This document shows positions 47,641 to 56,064 of a stretch of DNA of 56,064 bases, one piece after another. Source of the DNA: an uncultured bacterium (GTDB lineage: Bacteria > JAJVIF01 > JAPKYR01). The position numbers and the translations under genes are program-made. Position 1 is the stretch's first letter, and every line of letters starts with the position of its first letter. Where the stretch lies: the NCBI GenBank assembly GCA_965369865.1, contig CBDURU010000010.1, forward strand, positions 1-56,064, given 5' to 3'. The notes beneath the pieces are model-generated. The model made no database searches. It was not told the origin of the DNA and was given only the letters and a program-made list of their open reading frames with translations.

Positions 47641-49335
47641 TTAACCCGCTTCCCGGTTTTCGGGTTCGAGGATATACAGCGTGGTAAGTTCCAGTTCCAC
47701 CTCTTCCCATTTGTTTCGATAGATATCCCAGAGTTCGCTGATATCGGTTATCTCCTCACCGTAATTACGAATTGTCTGGGCTCCCAGTTCGACCGCCTCC
47801 CCGAGGACAAACACTCTGCCGCCGCTTTCAAAGGTTTGTGTGATAGCATCCTGGACACTCAGGATGTATGCCCTGGAATCCTCGGACTCTTTGTACACAT
47901 CTGTAAGGCACAAGATGTTCGCTTCGGTAAATCGTTCGATGTAGCTACTGATGACCCAGGAACGGTCGGCAATGATCAGGTCGTCGCAATTGGAGAATTC
48001 CGCCAGTGGCGCGACCTGCTGGTAGTAGTAATCGTTTGTCCGCGATGTAAGAAAAGTGATGCTGCCCATGTAATTGACTAGCAGGATCAATATTGCGATA
48101 ACCGACAGGCCGAATACTTTGAAGTTCTCTTTACGCGGTTCCGATGTTTTGGGGAAGGCGAATAGTGCAATGAAAAACAGCCACCAGCACAAGGACTGGG
48201 TTATCCAGAATTTGAAGTTATGGGGTTCAAAAAAGAAGAAGAAGGATCCGTAGATCACGAACCATATGGCGGCAAGCGGGATAACTGTTCGTGTTCCGAC
48301 CCAGATTGTCCTGATGTTGCGAAGGCGCTGGATTGTAAACAGCAGAGACAGGAGTGTAAGCAGAATGGAGAGTCCAAGGAGAACGACTGCGAGACGGGAG
48401 TCCATTTTATGAACCAGATAATATTCGTCGGCCAGCCAATTGTCTGCAAAAAACCGCTCGATAAACGATTTAAACGATGGGATCACCATGATGAAATGGT
48501 AGCCGATGATAGAACGGGAGAACCCGGTAACTGCCTTGAAAAGTGTAGAAAGGGACAACGGATGCCAGTAATCCGAATTGTGGCCGTACTTGGTGACCCA
48601 CCACAGTATTTTATCGATCGTGGTAAAGCGCTGCACTGCAAAAATCACCAGGAGATATGGTAGAGCTACAGTTGGAACCAATCCGGCGAGATAACTCACC
48701 GTGCGTCTCCAAAACGAAACAGGCTCACGTCGCCGGATGTAGAAAGCGGCTACGGCTACAGGGACGAACAGGATGTGTACCTGATGAAAAATCACCGCCA
48801 GAGCTGTTGTGAAACCAACGAGAACGGATCGCTTCACACCGAGCTTGTCACTGGTTACAAGGTAAAGCGACAACATCAAAAAGAGGAACGGGATGTTGTA
48901 GACATCAACACAATCGCTGTAGTACCAGAAGGCGAACGAGAAGGCGGGCAGGGCTGTGCCGAGAAGCGACAGGATACGGCTCAGGCCGAGTCGGTTTCGA
49001 AGAATAAGATAGAATATACACAGGGTGAGCGAACCGATTATTGCCGGCAGCAGCGGCACTATTCGAGCGCTGTCCGAAGTGATCCCGATGGATCGCAGGA
49101 ACGCAAGCCACAGGACCCCGGCGGATTGACTTAACAGGTGATGAGGATGAAACGGAACCGTCCCGGAGGCAAGGTTGTTATCCATGATATTTATATAATC
49201 AATGCTGTCGGAAGAAACGGAGAGGTTATCGGAGATGGTTAGGATGTACAGGATAAGCGGGACGAAAAAGGGGATTAGCAATTCACGGATTGTTGAAGAT
49301 ATACCGGTCGAGGGTTGCTTCGATTGCATTTCCAT
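47641..49335 (-). CDS. Multi-TM protein, probable GT-C-fold glycosyltransferase
   Basis: About 11-12 TM segments; first loop SSDSIDY...FHPHHLL; FSFAFWYYS; FHQ motif; soluble C-terminal domain. Start uncertain. Confidence 0.65.
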   Translation of the reverse strand: MEMQSKQPSTGISSTIRELLIPFFVPLILYILTISDNLSVSSDSIDYINIMDNNLASGTVPFHPHHLLSQSAGVLWLAFLRSIGITSDSARIVPLLPAIIGSLTLCIFYLILRNRLGLSRILSLLGTALPAFSFAFWYYSDCVDVYNIPFLFLMLSLYLVTSDKLGVKRSVLVGFTTALAVIFHQVHILFVPVAVAAFYIRRREPVSFWRRTVSYLAGLVPTVALPYLLVIFAVQRFTTIDKILWWVTKYGHNSDYWHPLSLSTLFKAVTGFSRSIIGYHFIMVIPSFKSFIERFFADNWLADEYYLVHKMDSRLAVVLLGLSILLTLLSLLFTIQRLRNIRTIWVGTRTVIPLAAIWFVIYGSFFFFFEPHNFKFWITQSLCWWLFFIALFAFPKTSEPRKENFKVFGLSVIAILILLVNYMGSITFLTSRTNDYYYQQVAPLAEFSNCDDLIIADRSWVISSYIERFTEANILCLTDVYKESEDSRAYILSVQDAITQTFESGGRVFVLGEAVELGAQTIRNYGEEITDISELWDIYRNKWEEVELELTTLYILEPENREAG

Positions 49336-49398
49336 TACTCTGGGGTGCCTGTTTCCTTCTTGAAGAAGCAATCATACCACATTACCAATTGATAATTA

Positions 49399-50634
49399 AT
49401 GATGCTCAACTCCGACAAAATAGGCTTTCTCAATCTCTCGCCCCTGCCGATCCTGTTCGAGCGCGCGACAAATCCGGAACTTCGGGGACACCTTCAACTC
49501 GAGGACGAGTGGAAAGGCGTCCCCGATTCTTCCAAAGACGTTCCATTCGTAATCGTGGGTTCCATCGGCAACCGCGGACTGCTCGTAGCTACATCACCCG
49601 AGGCTTACAACGCCGGTATCCGCGCAGGAATCACACCCGACATGGCGAGACGATTCATGCCCGATCTGAAAATTGTCGAGGAGAGACCCGCCGCGTATTT
49701 CGAAGCCGCCGAGACGGTTCTCTCGATAAGCGAACGATTTGTTCCGGTGGTCGATGTCGAAAGGCAGGACGCGTTCGCGCTCGACCTCACCGGCACCGAT
49801 CGTCTCTATCCCGAACCGGTGAAACTCCTCCGCGCGCTCCAGAACGAGATCAGAAAAGAGATCAACATCCCGAGCCGCGCCGGACTTGGAGTGAGCAGGC
49901 TGGTAGCGCGGCTGGCGTCTATGCGCGCAGGTGAAAAGGGAATCATGAATGTTCCGGTCGGGCAGGAGGGTGAATTTCTCGCCGACTACCATGTGGGCGT
50001 GCTGCCGGGGGTGGGAGTGCAGATCGCGAAACGTCTCCAGTGGCTCGGGGTGCATACGGTCAGGGAACTCGCGATGGTCCCGGTGCAGACACTCGAAGCC
50101 GCGTTCGGTCCGAAGGGACTTGAGATCGCGCGCACCGCCACCGGCCACGATCCAAGGCCGCGGCGCAGAGCTGAGCAGATCAAACCGATCAAGCGCGAGA
50201 TCCCGCTGGAGCAGATTATTTACGATCCGGGGGAAATTCGCGCAGGCCTCCAGAAACTTGTCGCGGGACTCGGGCTGGATTTGCGGAGGATGGGAATGCA
50301 GGTGCGCACAATCGGGCTGGAGATCAGGTATCCCGACATTCCCCCGCACCAGAGGAGAAAAGCGATCCCGCCGACTGACCTCGATTGTTCACTTGAGAGA
50401 ATCGTAATCGACATGTACAACAGCATGTCAGTACGAAGAGTACGATTGAGGGGACTCGTCCTTTCATACGGTCGCATGATTCCATCCGACAACCAGCTCC
50501 GTCTCGAATTCGCGAGAGACCGGACCCTCGACCGCCGAAAAAATCTCGAACACGCGATGGACAGAATCCGCAACAGGTACGGCGTTGATACGATAGGCCC
50601 CGCCCCGTGGCATGCGACTCCGGCGCATGAATAG
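49399..50634 (+). CDS. imuB: Y-family polymerase homologue lacking catalytic acids (ImuB-like)
   Basis: SPEAYNAGIRAG, LPGVG, LEAAFG, QLRLEF clamp-type motif, AMDRIRNRYG; DinB DMD and SIDE motifs replaced by NLS and RQDA. Confidence 0.8.
   Translation: MMLNSDKIGFLNLSPLPILFERATNPELRGHLQLEDEWKGVPDSSKDVPFVIVGSIGNRGLLVATSPEAYNAGIRAGITPDMARRFMPDLKIVEERPAAYFEAAETVLSISERFVPVVDVERQDAFALDLTGTDRLYPEPVKLLRALQNEIRKEINIPSRAGLGVSRLVARLASMRAGEKGIMNVPVGQEGEFLADYHVGVLPGVGVQIAKRLQWLGVHTVRELAMVPVQTLEAAFGPKGLEIARTATGHDPRPRRRAEQIKPIKREIPLEQIIYDPGEIRAGLQKLVAGLGLDLRRMGMQVRTIGLEIRYPDIPPHQRRKAIPPTDLDCSLERIVIDMYNSMSVRRVRLRGLVLSYGRMIPSDNQLRLEFARDRTLDRRKNLEHAMDRIRNRYGVDTIGPAPWHATPAHE
49482..49526 (-). repeat. Family-A hairpin inserted in frame in the imuB-like gene
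   Basis: Exact reverse complement of 46876-46920. Confidence 0.92.
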
Positions 50635-50668
50635 TCGTTCCATGTGACTCTGGCGCATTTTACGGTAT

Positions 50669-50953
50669 TTATTTGACCGTCGTTTTCTTATTGGTGAAAT
50701 CGGGAATCGATTCTCCAGTGACCTGGTAATAAAGAACAACGGGATCGAGATCGGCACCATTTGGCCAGAATATGGTTCCCAGTTCAGGATGCAAAGCGAT
50801 TTTTGCGAAATTATCAAAATCCTTAAGTGATTCGACAATACCCTCAAAGTTGATCAGCGTTGACAGATCGAGTTCTCCTGATACACCATCATCGAATCTC
50901 AAAAATATCCGGTACTCACCAAGATAGCGAACTTCGACTATATCCTTCAGCAT
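50669..50953 (-). CDS. DUF2442-family protein (predicted antitoxin)
   Basis: IVEVRYLGEYRIFLRFDDG..GELDL, GTIFWPNGADLDP..LY. Confidence 0.85.
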   Translation of the reverse strand: MLKDIVEVRYLGEYRIFLRFDDGVSGELDLSTLINFEGIVESLKDFDNFAKIALHPELGTIFWPNGADLDPVVLYYQVTGESIPDFTNKKTTVK

Positions 50954-50958
50954 GATTA

Positions 50959-51219
50959 TCACTCCAAAGGTTCGATTGATTCAAGCGGCTTGTTTTGCCT
51001 TGCCCGGTACCAGTTCTCTCTTAGTTCTTCCTGGTGTTTTGCAGCCCACTCGGTCACGAGCCCCAGTACCCTTGGCGTAATATTCCCATCAAGTAAGCCA
51101 AGGGTTTCAATGTCGATAATTGCATGTTGCCCACCATATCGCGCATGAAAATGTGGTGGCGTGTGATCATTATATTACATAGCGATTACGACACCAAAGA
51201 ACCTGCTGATCTCAGGCAT
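50959..51219 (-). pseudogene. DUF4160-family (predicted toxin) gene with an in-frame TAA at codon 15
   Basis: MPEISRFFGVVIAM*YNDHTPPHFHARYG...LVTEWAAKHQEELRENW...IEPLE; stop at 51175-51177. Confidence 0.85.
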
Positions 51220-51368
51220 GTTGAATCTCCTTATAGATAAGTATATCACCTTGATGCACGTTAGAATAACGAGTGTTAAATATATTTCGTTGACGTAACA
51301 TAGATGTATATTGAAATCATTATAATTTTCTATTGAGATTTGGAGCCATGAAGACTTTATCAAGTTGC

Positions 51369-51538
51369 CATACGACCGCATGATCCCATCCGACAACCAG
51401 CTCCGTCTCGAATTTGCAAGGGACCGCACTCTCGACCGCCGAAAGAATCTCGAAATGGCAATGGACAGGATAAGGAATAAGTACGGTGTGGACACGATAG
51501 GCCCCGCCCCGTGGCATGCGAATCCGGCGCATGATTAA
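51369..51538 (+). pseudogene. Diverged duplicate of the last 170 bp of the imuB-like gene (50465-50634)
   Basis: Gap-free alignment; mostly synonymous third-position differences. Confidence 0.92.
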
Positions 51539-51661
51539 TCATGTGGGTGCGGGGTATCTCGTTAAATCGGCAATTCATCCCTTTTAAGCGGACTTAATAC
51601 GTGCTATATTTCGTGCTCCAAATTTCGCAGGATACCCAGCATCAATCATGAGGTGTGAATC

Positions 51662-52513
51662 ATGGCAATCAAAAAAGTAGGGATTTTCGGACTCGGGACA
51701 ATGGGGCATGGGATAGCCATCATCACGGCGATGGCAGGTTACGATGTCCTTGCAACCGAGGCGAACGAAGAGCTTTTAAACAAGGGACTTGAAAAAATAC
51801 GAAAATGGTTCGATAGGCAGCTTAAAAAAGGCCGGATTTCAGAAGAGGACCATGAAAGCGCAATGGGTCGGCTTACAGGTACGACCAATTTAGAGGATTT
51901 CGCTGACTGCGATCTTGTTATAGAAGCAGTGTTTGAAAATATTGAATTGAAGCGGGAAATATGGTCAAAATTAAACGATGTGGTGAATCCGGACGCGGTT
52001 TTCGCCACAAATACCTCAAGCCTTTCGGTTACCGAGATGGCGAGCGCGTCGGGAAGGCCCGAGAAATTCGCCGGTCTGCACTTTTTTAATCCTGTTCCCA
52101 TAATGAAGCTGGTCGAAGTTATCAAAGCGCTCCAGACATCCGATGAAGCGTATGAAGCACTTTTCGGGTTTGCGGAAAGCCTTGGGAAGAAGGCTGTTAA
52201 GACAGATGACAAACCGGGATTCATTGTAAACAGGCTACTGGTTCCATACCTTAACGACGCCGCGAGAGTGTACGAACAGGGACTTGCGAGTGCTGAGGAT
52301 ATTGATAACGCGATGAAATTCGGCGCCGGGCATCCTATGGGTCCGCTGGCGCTGATCGATTTGATCGGGATCGATGTCGCTGTCTGGGTTAGCGAGATTT
52401 TGTTTAAAGAATTCGGCGAGGCTCGTATGGCGCCCGCTCCGATTTTGAATAGGATGCTGAAAGCCGGGCATCTCGGAAAAAAAACCGGCAAGGGTTTTTA
52501 TGATTATGGGTAG
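51662..52513 (+). CDS. hbd: 3-hydroxybutyryl-/3-hydroxyacyl-CoA dehydrogenase
   Basis: GLGTMGHGIA, EAVFE, TNTSSLS, GLHFFNP, GFIVNR, HPMGP, GKKTGKGFY. Confidence 0.93.
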   Translation: MAIKKVGIFGLGTMGHGIAIITAMAGYDVLATEANEELLNKGLEKIRKWFDRQLKKGRISEEDHESAMGRLTGTTNLEDFADCDLVIEAVFENIELKREIWSKLNDVVNPDAVFATNTSSLSVTEMASASGRPEKFAGLHFFNPVPIMKLVEVIKALQTSDEAYEALFGFAESLGKKAVKTDDKPGFIVNRLLVPYLNDAARVYEQGLASAEDIDNAMKFGAGHPMGPLALIDLIGIDVAVWVSEILFKEFGEARMAPAPILNRMLKAGHLGKKTGKGFYDYG

Positions 52514-52672
52514 TGGCTTTCTTTCTTGTCGACGTATATTAATGGTAAATATGCCCAATCAATTTTTGATTAACGGTATTGGTCCACCCATTGAAATTTT
52601 ACGAAAAATTGCTGGCTGTAATTAAGCTGAAACTGGCTAATCGGTTTCTATCAGTTCCGTCTTTCCCGGTTC

Positions 52673-53596
52673 CTATGGAGATTTATTACGCCTCCCGCCT
52701 TCGGTGGGATCGAGAAGCGCGATCAGACCCAGCATACCCATATCCGCAAATAAAGCGGGCGCCAGGAAAGGTGCGCCGCGGATGAAACGCTCAAACACCC
52801 AGTGCCCTCCGCTTGACTCGAGTACTGACGCAACATGCAGTATTGTGCCTGCAAGGCCGATCAGGATGAGTATGAACATCCCGGCTGTATAAGCAACCAG
52901 GTCGCCCCGCGATGGGCGGTTGATCACACCCAGCAGGATACAGCACATCACGGAAAAAAGGCCTGCTACATAAGGGAACCACAACCAGGGATTCACAAAA
53001 TTCGTTCGTGCATGATCGAGGACACTACTGATCAGGCAGGCGAGGGTACCAAGCGCAATAAGAAAAAAGTATGCCCGGGTTTTACTGAACGGTAATTGAA
53101 GACGGGTCCTTCCAGCAAGGACAAGCCGTCCACTGTCCGCCGGTTCCTCACGCCATGCGGCACTGATCCCAAGGAATCCGATGAAACTGGCCGTCAGGGG
53201 CGCAATAATAGGTACTGCCCAGACGAGAGTGTGAATTGTGACCTGCTGCCCGGCTGGAGCGCCGGATATAACCGTACGATCAATATGCAGGTACCATCCA
53301 TAAATACCCATCGCGATACTGGCCAGTAGTGGAATCGTGGCTATTATCGATGCGAGAAGCCTGTTTTTTTTTGCGATTACGATTGCGATTATCAGGAATA
53401 TTCCAACAGCGGGACCAAGTATGACAGGCGGTAATTCCTCCATACGAATGGTCCCGCTGATCATATGTGCAAAGTAATGATCTGCTCCAAGGAAGAATTC
53501 GTTGATGGCAACCACGAAAAGCATGACCTGGTCTCGAGTAAACGGCAGCCGCCGATCCTTCAGGAGATTCGGAAACAGGATAGCTAAATAATACAT
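52673..53596 (-). CDS. 8-TM membrane protein, partner of the octaheme cytochrome
   Basis: Two internally similar 4-TM halves with His residues and AVPIIAP/GAPFLAP motifs; start overlaps the upstream stop. Confidence 0.75.
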   Translation of the reverse strand: MYYLAILFPNLLKDRRLPFTRDQVMLFVVAINEFFLGADHYFAHMISGTIRMEELPPVILGPAVGIFLIIAIVIAKKNRLLASIIATIPLLASIAMGIYGWYLHIDRTVISGAPAGQQVTIHTLVWAVPIIAPLTASFIGFLGISAAWREEPADSGRLVLAGRTRLQLPFSKTRAYFFLIALGTLACLISSVLDHARTNFVNPWLWFPYVAGLFSVMCCILLGVINRPSRGDLVAYTAGMFILILIGLAGTILHVASVLESSGGHWVFERFIRGAPFLAPALFADMGMLGLIALLDPTEGGRRNKSP

Positions 53597-54966
53597 CAGT
53601 CGTTATCCTCTGTTCCTGTTCTTGTTTCTTCTCCAGTTCCGGAGTTTGAAACGGGCTGGGGTAAAGAAACAAGTCCCGCTTCTTCCAGCTTCTCGTCTAC
53701 CAGCACACGCAGGTCGGCCATTTCCCGAAGCAATGGGTATATGCCGTGCCACTGCGTATAATCGGGACCCTGCATCCAGGCTCCAAATTTCGCAGTACGA
53801 CCCCAGTGGTGCCAGAGGTCAAAGGCGACAAAGTCTATCGGCTCATCGAAAGGCTCGGGCGTCAAGAGATTATTGTCTACGAGTGGGGATATTACATCCT
53901 TGCTTTCTATGACCAGATCGTTGACGGCAAGTGTCAGATCGTCGGCATCGGTGTAAAAGTCCCTGATGAAACCCGCGTTATGGCACTCTTCGCAGACTTT
54001 CTGCATGCGTTCCCTGTTCTCCTGCCACTCGGGACGTTTCTCGCTGATTGGAGGGAACAGGAACCAGCTCAATCGCTCACCCACATCATGGGTCGTCGGA
54101 CTTCCACCGAATGCGCTGATATGGCAGATCGCGCAGGTTGGCGCCGCGAAATCGGACACGGACAATGTACCCGGTTCACCGTGCCAGTTCCAGTGCTCAC
54201 CAGTGGTCATGTATGCGATCCCGTGGGGGGATTCCTGGTAAATCTCCCACTGCGGATGATCCGGTCCGATGTGACAGGCATTACAGGTCTCCGGCTTTCG
54301 AACCTGCACCAGACTGAATTCATGCCTTAAGTGGCATGACTGGCACTCTCCGATCGAACCATCGGGGTGCGGCTTACCGATATTATGGCATCCCTCGCAG
54401 GCAAAACGCGTAATTTCGGGTCCTTCCAGATCGTACAGCGCATTGCGTAACTTGTCCGGCTCATAATCACCCTCCGGGATTGCTTCGTAAATCTCCAGTT
54501 GCTGAGGATTGAAATCATCGGTACCACGCATTGCTGCATATGCTGGAGCTGAATGCCTTGACCGCGTGAACTGGCGCACCTGCTGGTTATGGCACTTACC
54601 GCACAAAGCCGGGGTTGGCTCGGGTAGTATAAAAAACTGTCCCATGTGATTCTGAGCCCCGGGATAATCCTCGTTGACTTCATGGCAGTCGCTGCATGTA
54701 ACCCCGACCGCGGCCATGGTACTGAAACCGTACTGGTTGATAATACCTGGGGTAGTATTCCTGTGACAGCCGATACACTCATCCATGCTGTTAGTCAGTG
54801 CATTAATCCGCTCCGGATCGTCGCCAAAACCGGTGTAGTGTCCAATCGTCATCTCAATCAGAGCGATCCCCATAACGCAGAGCACCATTACGAGGCCGAC
54901 AACAACCACTCTGTAAGAATTCATAAACGGTGTTCTTGGGGGTCCGGATGGTTCCTGGTAAGTCAT
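53596..54966 (-). CDS. Octaheme cytochrome c, hydroxylamine oxidoreductase (HAO) family
   Basis: Eight CxxCH motifs; CHIGPDHPQWEIYQESPHG, APTCAICH, GPDYTQWHG; N-terminal TM. Confidence 0.9.
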   Translation of the reverse strand: MTYQEPSGPPRTPFMNSYRVVVVGLVMVLCVMGIALIEMTIGHYTGFGDDPERINALTNSMDECIGCHRNTTPGIINQYGFSTMAAVGVTCSDCHEVNEDYPGAQNHMGQFFILPEPTPALCGKCHNQQVRQFTRSRHSAPAYAAMRGTDDFNPQQLEIYEAIPEGDYEPDKLRNALYDLEGPEITRFACEGCHNIGKPHPDGSIGECQSCHLRHEFSLVQVRKPETCNACHIGPDHPQWEIYQESPHGIAYMTTGEHWNWHGEPGTLSVSDFAAPTCAICHISAFGGSPTTHDVGERLSWFLFPPISEKRPEWQENRERMQKVCEECHNAGFIRDFYTDADDLTLAVNDLVIESKDVISPLVDNNLLTPEPFDEPIDFVAFDLWHHWGRTAKFGAWMQGPDYTQWHGIYPLLREMADLRVLVDEKLEEAGLVSLPQPVSNSGTGEETRTGTEDND

Positions 54967-55003
54967 GTTCTGTTTCCTTTCGACATACTGACGAATATGT
55001 TAA

Positions 55004-55519
55004 TTAGTGTACACCATCTAAAATCCACTGGCGCACTTTCTCCAGTTCCGTGCTTGAAAATGTTGCATTATTGTGATCGCCGGACGCTACTTTAGTAACC
55101 AGCGGACTTCCATCCGGGTTGCCGGGATCTATAACACTCATAGGATTGCACGAATCTGATCCGTATGGCATTCAGTACATATTAGGATAAAGCTCGAGAG
55201 AAAACTCGCGATATGTGGTCGCTGTAAACTCGGGATGCGGGTAACCTTCGATGTTTGTATGGCACTCGGTACATGCTAATCCTGCCTGGCCATGAACGGA
55301 GGACTGGAATTCCTCCTCATCGACAAAAAGGCTGACGGTATCACCGGATAGCAGCGTTCGTTGCATTTCACGGTTTGAGTGACAGTTGAAACAGAATCGG
55401 TTCTCATCGTCACCCTGTGCCTGTGATGGCGAAAACGTATTTATAAAACACACTGCTAAAAACAAAAATACAATAAAAATGAAAATCCGGACAAATGATG
55501 GTGGTTTATTAAGCCTCAT
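55004..55519 (-). pseudogene. Disrupted multiheme cytochrome c
   Basis: Signal peptide, CFNCH, CTECH; a third CTECH appears only after a frameshift near 55185; C-terminal VIDPGNPDGSPL...KVRQWILDG segment lies past the stop. Confidence 0.75.
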
Positions 55520-56064
55520 ATGTTCATTACCAGAGTCTTTATTTGGAGTTGATGTGATCCGATTCTGTAAGCTTGCATGGGATTTGTTCGATTGATTTAG
55601 AAAAAAACCTGATTTAACAAGGATGGTTAAACTAACAAACAAACAAATCCTGATCTTTATTCATACATAAATATCTGACTATGTGAATTTTAGTACATGA
55701 TCAGGATACTATTTGGTGAGGGAGCAGCATACACCTAAAAGATACGGGATGTCAACACCTGTTTACCGTCATGGTAATAATCACCCATTAACATATGTTC
55801 ATTATAATATATATAAAATTAAACCAGAGCTTTGCCGGACATGCAAATTCTAAGATTTGGATATGTGAATGTATTAACAAGGCCGCCTGGAACACCCTTA
55901 AATATTCGGTACTTTTGCACAACAGACATAAAAATTTGACTGGAATATTAAAGCAAATCCTTGGGTAAGGTTTATTTTTAAGTAAGTTTGTAATCACTTA
56001 ATTATATGGCAGGAGGAGTTACACCCCATTATTCATAGGTCTTACAGTAACTTCCCGACCCGTT

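Noticed and set aside
50465..51538. DGR template/variable repeat pair
   Set aside because: Differences are mostly synonymous third-position changes at all bases, not adenine-specific; no reverse transcriptase in the window
55172..55174. TGA read-through (Sec or recoding) joining the two cytochrome parts
   Set aside because: The conserved CTECH lies in another frame, so frameshift plus deletion explains it better; TGA is a normal stop in other genes here
55650..56064. Short AT-rich ORF 55788-55997
   Set aside because: No RBS or motif support; the region is cut by the window edge

Overview
A 56-kb bacterial chromosomal segment in the standard genetic code, probably from an anaerobic, poorly characterised lineage (inference). 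Housekeeping genes are purA, apt, dusB, recJ, a thioredoxin, a DHH phosphoesterase and a 3-hydroxyacyl-CoA dehydrogenase. Larger modules are: a four-gene benzoyl-CoA-reductase/2-hydroxyacyl-CoA-dehydratase-like operon; a seven-gene ZnuA-ZnuC-ZnuB / three HflK/C-type SPFH / P1B-ATPase operon; a split DnaE2-ImuB mutasome; an octaheme HAO-like cytochrome with a membrane partner; two TA loci (hicBA, and DUF4160/DUF2442 with a nonsense codon); and several large lipoproteins with a shared N-terminal module and different C-terminal parts. Intergenic DNA holds at least six families of REP-like hairpins. Main observations: (1) the same hairpins sit in frame inside both mutasome genes; (2) a Leu-type (long variable arm) tRNA-like RNA with a Glu (TTC) anticodon and a candidate promoter converges on an AT-rich putative HEPN nuclease gene; (3) the Znu-SPFH-P1B operon; (4) a recently amplified 7-repeat propeller with hypervariable loops; (5) two small cassettes bounded by direct repeats. 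All calls come from reading the sequence and recognising motifs; no searches were run.
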